A DNA stretch of 64,000 nucleotides, from positions 103,998 through 167,997 of the forward strand of contig CBDDBZ010000029.1 of assembly GCA_965225945.1 (NCBI GenBank), in the 5' to 3' direction. This DNA is from Alphaproteobacteria bacterium. Lineage in GTDB: Bacteria > Pseudomonadota > Alphaproteobacteria > GCA-2731375. The notes beneath the pieces were generated by a model. That model had not been told where the DNA came from. It made no database searches and worked only from the letters and a program-made list of their open reading frames with translations. Shown piece after piece: positions 27,343-37,179 of this stretch (position 1 is the first letter of the stretch; each line of letters starts with the position of its first letter). Position numbers and translations under genes: made by a program.

Positions 27343-29112
27343 ATGGTGCACAAACTATTCAAATTCAACCTACTGGCGATTGTTTCCCTGGCTGGGTTGC
27401 TCTTGGTCGCATTGGCATTTGGCGAACAGGCGAGGGCGCAACAGAAAGCCTGGCCCGATGCCTATCCCAAGAAGGGCGAAAACGGCGTCCCGGAGTCGGT
27501 CGATAAGCTGACCATCGTCCTGGATAGCTGGGGGGCCAGCGACCTGAACCCCTGGAGCCTCTCCGCCACGAGCTTCCTGGGCGACTATTTCAACCTTCGC
27601 CTCATGATGCAGGATCCCAACGGCGACCTCGCGGCCGCATGGGCCACGTCGGTCGACCATACCCCGGAGGGCCTGACCTTCAAGCTCAACCCCAAGGCCA
27701 CGTTCGCGGACGGCAGCGCGGCGGACGCCGAAGCCGTGAAGCTGAACCTCGAAGGCTTCATGGGAAAATTCGTGGGGAAGTACGGTTATGAGGCGCCGCT
27801 GTGGAACGGCGCCAACGCCAAGGATTTCGTCGAGTCCATCAAGGTGATCAGCTCGACCGAGGTCTTCGTCAAAACCAAGGGCCCCAAGCCGACCTTCATG
27901 TGGAGCCTAGGCGGCAACGGCTACCACATCTATTGGTACGGCAACCCCAAGCGGCTCCTCAAAGGCCCGAAAGCATATCTCGAGGACGCCGCCGGTGGCG
28001 GACCTTACAAAATCAAGCTGTGGGATTCCGGCAACCGAATCGTGTTCGAGCGGCGGGAGGATTTCTGGGCCGACTATCCGCACTGGCACAAGCCCCAGGC
28101 CAAGATCATGGAGCTCCTGACGGTCAAGGACCCCGCGGCCCGCTTCGCCCTGCTCAAGAGTGGGCAGGCGGATATCGTCTATAACCTCCCCTGGGCCCTG
28201 GCCAAGGCCCTTCCCCGCTCCGAGGACGGCGTGCGCGGCGTGAACCCGGGGAAGGGGACCGAGTGGACCCAGACCTATAAAGCCAACGGCATGCTGGTGT
28301 TGACCTTCGGTTGCCCCATCCAGAAACGCGAGGCCGCCAAGCCCGCCGGCCGGAAAGACCAGGGTGGCGTGGACGTTCCACAGTGGAAAGTCTCCAAGGT
28401 CTGCAACGATCATCCGACGCTCGACAGGCGGGTGAGGCGGGCGCTGAACTTGGCCATCGACAAGCGGTCGCTCTCCGCCGGGCCGCACTTCGGGCTCTCC
28501 AATCCGATCGGCTCGATCTACCATGCCGGTTCCTTCGGCGCGCGAGCGGAGACGGTTCAAAATGCGAGCCCCTTCGACCTGAAGGAAGCCAAGCGGCTGA
28601 TGAAGGAGGCGGGCTACGCCAACGGCTTCACGATGGAGGGGCATTTCGGCCAGTTCGCCGGACGTCCCGGCATCCCGGAGGCCGCGGACTTCATCGCCAG
28701 TAGCTGGGAAAAGCTGGGTGTCAAGATGACCTGGAAGGAGCACGACCCCTCGGACTTCATTCGTGGCTTCCGTGCCGGCATCTTCTCCATGGTTCCGGTG
28801 AACCTTCAGACTTGGGGCCGCCAGGACCATGCCGGCGTGGTGGTGGGCTTCTACCATTCGACCAGTGGATACGTGGGGATCTACAACCAAAAGGCGGAGG
28901 ACCTCTTTTACGATGTCAACGCCACCTTCGAACCGGAGGCGATGAAGCGGAAACTGGCGGCTTTGGAAGACGAAGTGCTGGGCCTGGAGGAGACCTTCCC
29001 GCTCTATGGCATGACGCTGGTCAATGCGTATACGGACCGGGTGCTGTCTCATCCCACGGTCGAGTATTCGCCCCACTTCAAGCACTACGATCTCGTGCTG
29101 CAGAGGAAATGA
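27343..29112 (+). CDS. ABC transporter substrate-binding protein (family 5, peptide/nickel type)
   Basis: Signal peptide, ATFADGS, GGGPYK, DRRVRRALNLAID, AKRLMKEAGY. Confidence 0.88.
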   Translation: MVHKLFKFNLLAIVSLAGLLLVALAFGEQARAQQKAWPDAYPKKGENGVPESVDKLTIVLDSWGASDLNPWSLSATSFLGDYFNLRLMMQDPNGDLAAAWATSVDHTPEGLTFKLNPKATFADGSAADAEAVKLNLEGFMGKFVGKYGYEAPLWNGANAKDFVESIKVISSTEVFVKTKGPKPTFMWSLGGNGYHIYWYGNPKRLLKGPKAYLEDAAGGGPYKIKLWDSGNRIVFERREDFWADYPHWHKPQAKIMELLTVKDPAARFALLKSGQADIVYNLPWALAKALPRSEDGVRGVNPGKGTEWTQTYKANGMLVLTFGCPIQKREAAKPAGRKDQGGVDVPQWKVSKVCNDHPTLDRRVRRALNLAIDKRSLSAGPHFGLSNPIGSIYHAGSFGARAETVQNASPFDLKEAKRLMKEAGYANGFTMEGHFGQFAGRPGIPEAADFIASSWEKLGVKMTWKEHDPSDFIRGFRAGIFSMVPVNLQTWGRQDHAGVVVGFYHSTSGYVGIYNQKAEDLFYDVNATFEPEAMKRKLAALEDEVLGLEETFPLYGMTLVNAYTDRVLSHPTVEYSPHFKHYDLVLQRK

Positions 29113-29313
29113 GGCCTCCGGCCCCGTAACACCGACCGCCACGAATGGTGTTCCTAGACCGGCCCGGCCCCCCGTGAGTAGGACTCACGGGGGGTTCGGT
29201 CAGGGGAGGCGACTCGGGGTCGGGCCGGCGGGTCGGGTCGGACCGGCGGGTCGGACCGGCGTGGGGCGGACCGGCCGGGACTTTCGTCGCTTGGCATGAT
29301 TTCGGAGTAGACC

Positions 29314-30246
29314 TTGGGCCGTTATATCCTCAAGCGCATGATCGAGGGAGTGATCACCCTGTGGCTGATCACCTTGGCGGTGTTCTTTATCCTGCGCTTG
29401 GGCGGGGGCAATCCGATCGAGTACATGCTTCCACCCGAAGCGTCGCAAGCGGATATCGACAACCTGACCAAGGCCTATGGCTTCGATAAACCCTTGATTT
29501 ATCAATACTTGATATTCAACAAAAAACTGATGCTGGGCGACATGGGAAACGCCATAGCCTGGGATAAGCGGCCCACCATCGACGTTGTCTGGGAACGAAT
29601 ACCCGCGACCTTTCAACTGACCAGCGCCGCGATGATCCTGGCCGTCGTCTTCGGTGTCCTCATCGGGGCGATTTCGGCCTCCAAGCCCAATTCACTCTTC
29701 GATAGGGTGGGAAAGCTGGTGGCCATCACGGGTCAATCGATGCCCGTTTTCTGGGTGGGACTGCTGCTCATCCTGCTGTTCAGCGTCCAACTCGGGTGGC
29801 TTCCCAGCGCCGGGGGCATCGAGCGCCTGGGGTGGAAGGGCATCATCATGCCCGCCGTCAGCCTCGGGTTTTTTCTGGTGGCGTCTCATATGCGGATCGT
29901 CCGCTCGACAATGCTCGAGGTCCTGGAATCGGACTACATCAAACTGGTCCGGGCCAAGGGGCTGCCCACGCGGATGGTGATCTGGAAGCACGCCTTCAAG
30001 AACGCCTCGATCCCAGTGTTCACCCTGTTTTTCGTCAACTTCGCCGCCCTCGTCTCTGGCGCCGTGGTCACCGAGACCATCTTCGCCTGGCCGGGCATCG
30101 GGCGGTTGTTGGTCGACTCCTTGATTCTGCGAGACTATCCCACGACCCAGACGGTGATCTTCTTCGCGGCGGGCTTCATCGTTTTCATCAACATCATGGT
30201 CGACGTCATGTATGCCTGGCTCGACCCGCGCATTCGGGTGGCGTAG
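29314..30246 (+). CDS. ABC permease (DppB-like)
   Basis: DYIKLVRAKGL, ETIFAWPGIG, RDYP, LDPRIR. Confidence 0.93.
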   Translation: MGRYILKRMIEGVITLWLITLAVFFILRLGGGNPIEYMLPPEASQADIDNLTKAYGFDKPLIYQYLIFNKKLMLGDMGNAIAWDKRPTIDVVWERIPATFQLTSAAMILAVVFGVLIGAISASKPNSLFDRVGKLVAITGQSMPVFWVGLLLILLFSVQLGWLPSAGGIERLGWKGIIMPAVSLGFFLVASHMRIVRSTMLEVLESDYIKLVRAKGLPTRMVIWKHAFKNASIPVFTLFFVNFAALVSGAVVTETIFAWPGIGRLLVDSLILRDYPTTQTVIFFAAGFIVFINIMVDVMYAWLDPRIRVA

Positions 30247-31170
30247 TTGGATGGAGGTGTTGTCGTGAGTGTGGAAGGCGCCATTGCCGAGCCGGTTCCG
30301 CGGGAGCCCGACGATGCGACGAGCGGGTTTTCGCTCCTGGTTCGGAAGCTGCGCGGCGTGTTTCGGGGCGCGCCCCTCTTCTCACTGACATTCCTCGCCA
30401 TCGCCATCATATGTGCCGTCTTCGCGCCTCTGATCGCACCTTACAGTCCGATCTCCACCGACCCGATGAACATCCTCAAGGCGCCGGACCTCTCGGAACA
30501 CCTGCTCGGGACCGATAATCAGGGGCGGGATATCCTGAGCCGCCTGATTTATGGGGCTCAGACCTCGGTCAGGATAGGCGTCCTGTCCGTCCTCCTCGCC
30601 GCGACGGTCGGCACCACGATCGGTTTGGTCAGCGGCGTCTTCCGTGGGTGGACCGACCGTATTCTCATGCGCGTCACCGACATGTTTCTGGCGCTCCCCT
30701 ATCTGATGGTGGCGTTGACGGTGGTCTCGCTGCTGGGATCTAGCGTCACCAACGTCATTCTGGTCATCGGCCTCCTGCGCTGGATGGGCTTTGCCCGTGT
30801 CTTGCGCGGCGAGGTGCTGAAGCTGGTGGAAATGGACTTCGTGCGCCTGGCCCTGGCCTCCGGCGCCAGCCGATGGCGCGTCATGGTCAAGCACATCTTC
30901 CCGAACATCGTCAATACGCTGCTGGTGCTGGCGACGCTCGAGTTGGGTTTGGCGGTCATCGTGGAGGCATCGCTCAGCTTCCTGGGCCTGGGCGTGCCCC
31001 GGCCCATGCCGTCGTGGGGCTCGATGCTGCGAGACTCGCAACTCTACATCTACCTGACCTGGTGGTTCCCCGTCATCCCCGGCCTCGCCATCACCTTGCT
31101 GGTGATGTCCGCCAACCTCACCGGCGATTGGCTGCGGGACCGTCTCGACCCCACGAGGCGGCAGCTCTAA
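30247..31170 (+). CDS. ABC permease (DppC-like)
   Basis: LGTDNQGRDILSRLIYG, SLSFLGLG, PSWG, GDWLRDRLDP. Confidence 0.93.
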   Translation: MDGGVVVSVEGAIAEPVPREPDDATSGFSLLVRKLRGVFRGAPLFSLTFLAIAIICAVFAPLIAPYSPISTDPMNILKAPDLSEHLLGTDNQGRDILSRLIYGAQTSVRIGVLSVLLAATVGTTIGLVSGVFRGWTDRILMRVTDMFLALPYLMVALTVVSLLGSSVTNVILVIGLLRWMGFARVLRGEVLKLVEMDFVRLALASGASRWRVMVKHIFPNIVNTLLVLATLELGLAVIVEASLSFLGLGVPRPMPSWGSMLRDSQLYIYLTWWFPVIPGLAITLLVMSANLTGDWLRDRLDPTRRQL

Positions 31171-31173
31171 TCC

Positions 31174-32205
31174 CTAAACTTCTCGGCCAGGCTCTTCCGG
31201 AGGGGTTTGGCTTTTGTCGATGGCGTGAATGTGATCGGGGTAGAGATGGCACGCCGCCCGCCGCCGAGGCTCCACCTCGGCGAAGTCGGGTCTGGTCTCG
31301 CCGCAAACGGGCATGGCGTAGGGGCAGCGGGTATGGAACGCACATCCCCGAGGCAACTCGAGGGGGCTGGGGACTTCGCCGAGAATGGGAAGCTGCCAGG
31401 ATGGCGTGCGCCCTGGCGGCGTGGCGGCCGCCACGAGCGTGGCGGTGTAGGGGTGAAGCGGACGCGAGGTGACGTCCTCGGCCGGCCCCATTTCCACCAA
31501 TCGCCCCAGGTACATCACGCCGATCCGGTGGCTCATATATTCGACCGACGCCATGTCATGGCTGATCAGTAAATAGGCGATCCCCCGCTCTTTCTGAAGA
31601 TCCTTCAAGAGGTTCAGGATCTGTGACCGAATGGAGACGTCGAGATTCGATACCGGCTCATCGAGAACGATCAGCTCCGGCTCCATGGTGAGCGCCCGTG
31701 CGATACCGATACGCTGACGTTGGCCGCCGCTGAATTCGTGGGGAAACTTTCTTTCACTGCCATCAAGCAGATCCACCGCCTTCAGGGCGTCCCGTATCGC
31801 CGTGCGTCTCTCGTGGCGATTATAGCCATGGATCTCCATGGGTTCGCCGACGATGTCGCCGATCCGCATGCGGGGGTTCAGCGCGCTATAGGGATCCTGG
31901 AAGACGACCTGCACGTGGCGAGCATACTCCCGCCGTTCGCGGCTCGACAGCTTGGTCAGCGGCCGATCCCGGAAGAAGATGCTCCCATCGGTCGGGGGAT
32001 GGAGCAAGAGGATTAGATTCGCGATGGTCGTCTTGCCACACCCGGACTCTCCCACCAGGCTGAAGGTTTCGCCTGCGTCGATGGCAAAACTGACGTCATC
32101 GACAGCCTGCACATGGCCAATGATTTTTCCTCTGAAAATCCCGCTGGTGATGGGGAAGTGCTTCGTCAGTCCACGTACTTCCAACCGGGTCTCAGACATG
32201 GTCAT
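31174..32205 (-). CDS. ABC ATPase (DppF/OppF-like)
   Basis: GESGCGKTT, FSGGQRQR, LDEPVS, HPYT, C-terminal GCAFHTRC. Confidence 0.93.
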   Translation of the reverse strand: MTMSETRLEVRGLTKHFPITSGIFRGKIIGHVQAVDDVSFAIDAGETFSLVGESGCGKTTIANLILLLHPPTDGSIFFRDRPLTKLSSRERREYARHVQVVFQDPYSALNPRMRIGDIVGEPMEIHGYNRHERRTAIRDALKAVDLLDGSERKFPHEFSGGQRQRIGIARALTMEPELIVLDEPVSNLDVSIRSQILNLLKDLQKERGIAYLLISHDMASVEYMSHRIGVMYLGRLVEMGPAEDVTSRPLHPYTATLVAAATPPGRTPSWQLPILGEVPSPLELPRGCAFHTRCPYAMPVCGETRPDFAEVEPRRRAACHLYPDHIHAIDKSQTPPEEPGREV

Positions 32206-33190
32206 CCTCTCGTAGCCAGCATCGGACGCGGCGCGCGTCCGCCAACCGATACACGGGGGGAGGATCGCCGCTGCGGCATTTGTCCATCGCGGCATCACAG
32301 CGTGGAGAAAACGGACAGCCAGGGGGCATGCTGGCCGGATCGGGTGGCTCCCCTTCGACACTCTGGAGGCGTTCGACCTTATCTCCCAGAACGGGGATCG
32401 CACCCAGCAACGCCTTGGTGTAGGGGTGAGACGGCTGAGAGAAGATCTCCTCCTTGGCGCCCATCTCCACCACCAGCCCGCCATAGAACACGGCAATCCG
32501 GTCGCATAGGCTGCCCACGATGCTCATGTCGTGGGTGATGAAAATGATGGCGACACCGGTTTGGGCCTGAAGCTCCTTGAGGAGTTGCAAATACTGCCGC
32601 TGCGTCGTCACGTCCAGCGCGGTGGTCGGCTCGTCGGCGATGAGCAGGGCGGGCATGGGGCCGATCGCAGCCGCGCTGGCGGCGCGCTGGCGCATGCCAC
32701 CGCTGAGTTCATGCGGGAAGTTCTTGATCCGCATCTCGGGCGCCCCGATCTTGACCCTGCGCAGGAGCTCGATGGCGCCTCGGAGGCCCTCTTTCCACGA
32801 CATCTTCTTGTGGACCACGAGCGACTCCGCGACCTGGGTTCCAATCGTGAATACAGGGTCCAAGGCGGCCATGGAATTCTGCAGGATGAGCCCGATCCGT
32901 TTGCCCCGTATGGCCGCCATCTCCTTCTCTGTCTTTGTCGTGAGGTTTTCGCCCTCGAAGAGGACCTCGCCACTCAAGATGCGGGCTCCCCTCGGGAGCA
33001 GCCGCAGGATGGACATGATGGTTATGGTCTTACCCGACCCCGACTCCCCGACCAGGCCCAGAGTTTCCCCGGGCATCACCTCGAAGCTGACATCGTTCAC
33101 GGCCTTGACAACGCCACGGCGCGTAAAGAAATGTGTCTTCAGCCCCCGAGCTTCGAGTAAAGGTCGAAGCTGTTGTCCATTGCGTTGCAT
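32192..33190 (-). CDS. ABC ATPase (DppD/OppD-like)
   Basis: GESGSGKT, LSGGMRQR, ADEPTTALD, GCPFSPRC. Confidence 0.93.
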   Translation of the reverse strand: MQRNGQQLRPLLEARGLKTHFFTRRGVVKAVNDVSFEVMPGETLGLVGESGSGKTITIMSILRLLPRGARILSGEVLFEGENLTTKTEKEMAAIRGKRIGLILQNSMAALDPVFTIGTQVAESLVVHKKMSWKEGLRGAIELLRRVKIGAPEMRIKNFPHELSGGMRQRAASAAAIGPMPALLIADEPTTALDVTTQRQYLQLLKELQAQTGVAIIFITHDMSIVGSLCDRIAVFYGGLVVEMGAKEEIFSQPSHPYTKALLGAIPVLGDKVERLQSVEGEPPDPASMPPGCPFSPRCDAAMDKCRSGDPPPVYRLADARRVRCWLREDDHV

Positions 33191-33442
33191 TGTCGAGTTG
33201 TGCCCAAAGTGATGTTATGTGCATTGGCATTTACGTATAGGTACGTTTGCGCATTTCGAGAACGGCCGCAACACCTTCCTTGAAGTGATCGCTAGCCCGC
33301 AGCGCGGTCGCCGTTCACGGAGAGGAACTACAGAGCTTATTTTCGGCCTCCCCGGGGTGTTGTCAAGCGGGCGCCGCCGCCCGCGAAATTCATAGGTCTT
33401 GTCGGTTTGCCGATTTCTGGGCCGGAGAAACCCAGAAACTTG

Positions 33443-33480
33443 CAAATCCGCCCTCCGAGGCGGCTTGGAGGGCGGATTTG
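33443..33480. terminator. GC-rich hairpin downstream of the peroxiredoxin gene
   Basis: CAAATCCGCCCTCC / GGAGGGCGGATTTG 14-bp stem. Confidence 0.5.
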
Positions 33481-33540
33481 GCCGAAGCAACCCGGGAATA
33501 AGGATCCCGAGTCGTAGCCGCGGGATCTCTTGCCGCTCAA

Positions 33541-34200
33541 TTATTTCGGCTGCGGCACGATCCGGAGGTAGGGCTTGGGCGCTCTCCAGCCGTCCGGGTA
33601 CTGCGCCTTCGCTTCCTCGTCCGAGACGGCGGGAACGATGATCACGTCCTCGCCCTGCTTCCAGTTCACCGGTGTCGCGACCTTGTGCTTGGCGGTGAGC
33701 TGGCAGGAATCGAGAACCCGGAGCACCTCGTCGAAGTTGCGCCCGGTGCTCATCGGATAGGTGAGCGAGAGCTTGATCTTCTTGTCCGGGCCGACCAGGA
33801 AGACCGAGCGCACGGTGGCGTTGTCGGCCGCGGTGCGACCCTCGGAGCTGTCGCCCGCTTCGGCCGGCAGCATCTCGTAGAGCTTGGCTACATTCAGCTC
33901 GGGATCGCCGATAAGGGGATAGTTGACGGCGTGGCCCTGGGTCTCCTCGATGTCCTTGGACCAGGCGAGATGGTTGTCGACGGGATCGACGCTGATGCCG
34001 ATGATCTTGCAATTGCGCTTGTCGAACTCGGGCTTCAGGCCCGCCATGTAGCCGAGCTCGGTGGTGCAGACCGGGGTGAAGTCCTTCGGATGGGAACAGA
34101 GAATGGCCCATCCGTCGCCGATCCACTGGTGGAAATCGATCTGGCCCTCGGTGGTCTCGGCCGTGAAATTCGGCGCTTCGTCGTTGATTCTGAGTGGCAT
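33541..34200 (-). CDS. 1-Cys peroxiredoxin (Prx6 type)
   Basis: SHPKDFTPVCTTELG, YPMSTGRNFDEVLR, ATPVNWKQG. Confidence 0.95.
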   Translation of the reverse strand: MPLRINDEAPNFTAETTEGQIDFHQWIGDGWAILCSHPKDFTPVCTTELGYMAGLKPEFDKRNCKIIGISVDPVDNHLAWSKDIEETQGHAVNYPLIGDPELNVAKLYEMLPAEAGDSSEGRTAADNATVRSVFLVGPDKKIKLSLTYPMSTGRNFDEVLRVLDSCQLTAKHKVATPVNWKQGEDVIIVPAVSDEEAKAQYPDGWRAPKPYLRIVPQPK

Positions 34201-34446
34201 GACGCCCTCCTCCTCTGATGCGACCGCCGTCCCGCGTCCCCCTCGGCCGCGAGCCCTCCGTCGGTCTGAATTCGATGTCGCCACATCATCATATTTCGTC
34301 TCGGCGGCAGTTCAAGATCACAACTTCGCGAACCTCCCCCGGCCTCGCCCGCTCGGGCCGCGGGAGGATCGCCTCTGGCGCCGGACAATGCTATCCCTTC
34401 GGCCGGTTTCGCGGGCCGGCCGCGGGGTGTCGTGGGAGAGGGAACG

Positions 34447-35988
34447 ATGGGCTGGGACGCCGAGGTCGAGGAGATCCGTCGCCGCCGGACCTTGGCGGCC
34501 GGAATGGGAGGGGCCGAAGGCCTGGCTCGCCAGCGCGCCAAGGGCTACCTCGATATCCGGCAGCGGATCGCCGGCCTGGTCGATGCCGACTCGTTCCGCG
34601 AGCTCGGCCCCGCCGCCGGCGCCACGGAGCCCGACGGCGGCTTCACGCCGGCCAACTTCCTCCTCGGTTTCGCCGAGTTGAACGGCCGCCCCTGCATCGT
34701 CGGCGGCGAGGATTTCACCGTCCGGGGCGGCTCGCCCAATCCCGCCGGCCTCCGCAAGAGCACCTATATCGAGGACCTGGCCTGCCACTACCGCATACCG
34801 CTGGTGCGCCTGCACCAGGGTGGCGGCGGCAGCGTGACCGGCGCCGGCGGCAAGGGCGCGAGCGGACCCGTCGGCGGCTCGGTGGCGGAGCGGCCCAGGT
34901 TCCACTCGCTCGCCCGGACGCTGGCCATGGTGCCTGTCGCCACGGCCGCGCTCGGCGCCGTCGCCGGGCTGCCCGCGGCGCGTCTCGTCGCCTCCCACTT
35001 CGCGGTGATGACGGAGGCGTCGCAAATCCTCGTCGCCGGCCCGGCGGTGGTGGAGCGCGCGCTGGGCGAGGCCATGAGCAAGGAGGAACTCGGCGGCCCC
35101 GAAATCCACGCCAAGAACGGCGTCGTCGATGCCGTCGCCCCGGACGAGGCCGGCGCCTTCGAATTGATCCGCCGCTTCCTCTCCTACATGCCGCAGAACG
35201 TCTGGAGCCTCGCCGAGGACGACGATCTGGGCGACGATCCGGACCGGCGGGAGGAAAAGCTCATCCGCGTCGTGCCGCGCAATCGCCGGATTGCCTTCGA
35301 CATGCGCGAGGTGATCGCGGCCATCGTCGACGGGGGCGTGTTTTTCGAGCTGATGCGGGCCTACGGCCCGGGCCAGATCGTCGGCTTCGCCCGGCTCGCC
35401 GGCCAGGCGATCGGCCTGCTCTCCAACGACAGCCGCTACTACGCCGGCGCGATGACCGCCGACGGCGCCCGCAAGGTGCGCCGCCTGATCGAGATCTCGG
35501 ATACCTTCCATCTGCCCGTGGTCAGCCTGGTGGACGAGCCCGGCTTCATGCTCGGCGAGGCGGCGGAGCGGCTCGGCACCATCCGGCCGGGCACCTCGGC
35601 GGTGCTGGCGGCGGCGGAATGCACGGCGCCTTGGGCCTCGGTCATCGTGCGCAAGTCTTATGGCGTCGCCGGCGCGGCGCACTACGGCCCCGATGCCTAC
35701 GTGCTCGCCTGGCCCTCGGCCGAGATGGGCCCGTTGCCGCTGGAGGGCGGCGTCGCCGTCGCCTTTCGCCGCGAGATCGCGGCGGCCGAGGATCCCGACG
35801 CGAAACGCGAGGAGCTGGAGGCGGAGATGGCGTCCCGCCTCTCCCCCTTCCCCCGGGAGGAGTCCTTTGCCCTGCACGCGGTGATCGATCCCCGCGAGAC
35901 GCGCCCGGCGCTCTGCGAATGGATCGGCCGGATCCGCCCGCTCCTGCCGAGCCTCGCCGGCCCACGCACCTTCGGCTTCAAGCCGTAG
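34447..35988 (+). CDS. Acyl-CoA carboxylase beta / carboxyltransferase
   Basis: EDFTVRGGS, LGGPEIH..NGVVD, DEPGFMLG..AE, VIDPRETR. Confidence 0.88.
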   Translation: MGWDAEVEEIRRRRTLAAGMGGAEGLARQRAKGYLDIRQRIAGLVDADSFRELGPAAGATEPDGGFTPANFLLGFAELNGRPCIVGGEDFTVRGGSPNPAGLRKSTYIEDLACHYRIPLVRLHQGGGGSVTGAGGKGASGPVGGSVAERPRFHSLARTLAMVPVATAALGAVAGLPAARLVASHFAVMTEASQILVAGPAVVERALGEAMSKEELGGPEIHAKNGVVDAVAPDEAGAFELIRRFLSYMPQNVWSLAEDDDLGDDPDRREEKLIRVVPRNRRIAFDMREVIAAIVDGGVFFELMRAYGPGQIVGFARLAGQAIGLLSNDSRYYAGAMTADGARKVRRLIEISDTFHLPVVSLVDEPGFMLGEAAERLGTIRPGTSAVLAAAECTAPWASVIVRKSYGVAGAAHYGPDAYVLAWPSAEMGPLPLEGGVAVAFRREIAAAEDPDAKREELEAEMASRLSPFPREESFALHAVIDPRETRPALCEWIGRIRPLLPSLAGPRTFGFKP

Positions 35989-36057
35989 AAAGAAAAAGGG
36001 GTCATTGTACTTTTTTCGGCGGAACGGGCCAAAAAGCAGAATGACCCCTTTTTCTTT
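35989..36057. repeat. REP-like inverted repeat between convergent genes
   Basis: AAAGAAAAAGGGGTCATTGTACTTTT ... AAAAGCAGAATGACCCCTTTTTCTTT. Confidence 0.65.
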
Positions 36058-36083
36058 TCCTTTTTCGTTTTTTCGTGCGGGTA

Positions 36084-37064
36084 TCAGTCCATGCCCCGGA
36101 TCGGTTGGGCCTCGTAGGGCGCCTCCAGGGAGGCGATCTCCGCCTCGCTCAAGGCGATGTCGAGGCCGGCGACCAGCTCGGCGAACTGGCCCGGATTGCC
36201 GACGCCGACCACGGGCGCGGCCACGGCGGGCTTGTGCAGCAGCCAGGCGAGCGCGATCTGGATCGGCTCGACACCCCGCGCCTTCGCCACCGCCGCCGCG
36301 CGATCCGCGATGGCGAAGGCGTTGTCGGTGTAGAGCAGGCGGTGGGCCTTCTCGTCGGCCTTGGCGCGAACCGTCTCGCCGCCGCCCTGGCGGTGGCGGT
36401 TGCCGGCGAGGAAGCCGCGCGCCAGCGGGCTCCACGGCGTGACGCCCACGCCCTGGTCCAGGCACAGCGGGATCATCTCGCGCTCTTCTTCCCGATAGAT
36501 CAGGTTGTAGTAGTTCTGCATCGAGACGAAACGATGCCAGCCGTTCGAGCCCGCCGCGGCTTGCGCCTTGGCGAACTGCCAGGCGAACATGGTGGAGGCG
36601 CCGATGTAGCGCGCCTTGCCGGCGCGGACCACGTCGTCGAGCGCACTCATGGTCTCCTCGATCGGGGTCGCGTCGTCCCAGCGATGGATGATGTAGAGGT
36701 CGACATAGTCCAGGCCAAGGCGCTTCAGGGAGGCATCGATCGCCTCGAAGATGTGCTTGCGGGAGAGCCCGCGTTGCGTCGGCTTCTCGCCCATGGCCCC
36801 GTGTACCTTGGTGGCGACGACGATCTCGTCGCGCCGCGCCATCTCGCCCAATAGCCGGCCCGTGACCTCCTCCGAGACGCCGTTCGAATAGATGTCGGCG
36901 GTATCGAAGAAGCTGACGCCGGCTTCCAGCGCGGCGCGAAACAGCGGCCTGGCGTCGTCCTCGCCCAGGACCCAGGCGAGATGGCCCTCCATGCCGATGC
37001 CGCTGGTGCCGAAGCAGAGCCGCGAGACCTCGAGGCCGCTGTTGCCGAGCTTCGTGTATTCCAT
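36084..37064 (-). CDS. Aldo/keto reductase
   Basis: FDTADIY, ATK, SLKRLGLDYVDLYIIHRWD, SMQNYYNL, PWSPLARG. Confidence 0.93.
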   Translation of the reverse strand: MEYTKLGNSGLEVSRLCFGTSGIGMEGHLAWVLGEDDARPLFRAALEAGVSFFDTADIYSNGVSEEVTGRLLGEMARRDEIVVATKVHGAMGEKPTQRGLSRKHIFEAIDASLKRLGLDYVDLYIIHRWDDATPIEETMSALDDVVRAGKARYIGASTMFAWQFAKAQAAAGSNGWHRFVSMQNYYNLIYREEEREMIPLCLDQGVGVTPWSPLARGFLAGNRHRQGGGETVRAKADEKAHRLLYTDNAFAIADRAAAVAKARGVEPIQIALAWLLHKPAVAAPVVGVGNPGQFAELVAGLDIALSEAEIASLEAPYEAQPIRGMD

Positions 37065-37179
37065 GTCTCCTCCCCGCCCCATCCGCGCGCGCCTCGGACT
37101 CTAACGGATTGACCGCCCGAGGGGGGATCGCCGACCTTGTCGGGGCTAGGCAACCACGAGAGCGAAAAGGGGAGAGGCG

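Noticed and set aside
29217-29280. Short GGTCGGACCGGCG tandem units between the SBP and permease genes
   Set aside because: Low-complexity GC-rich slippage repeats; too few and irregular to imply function.
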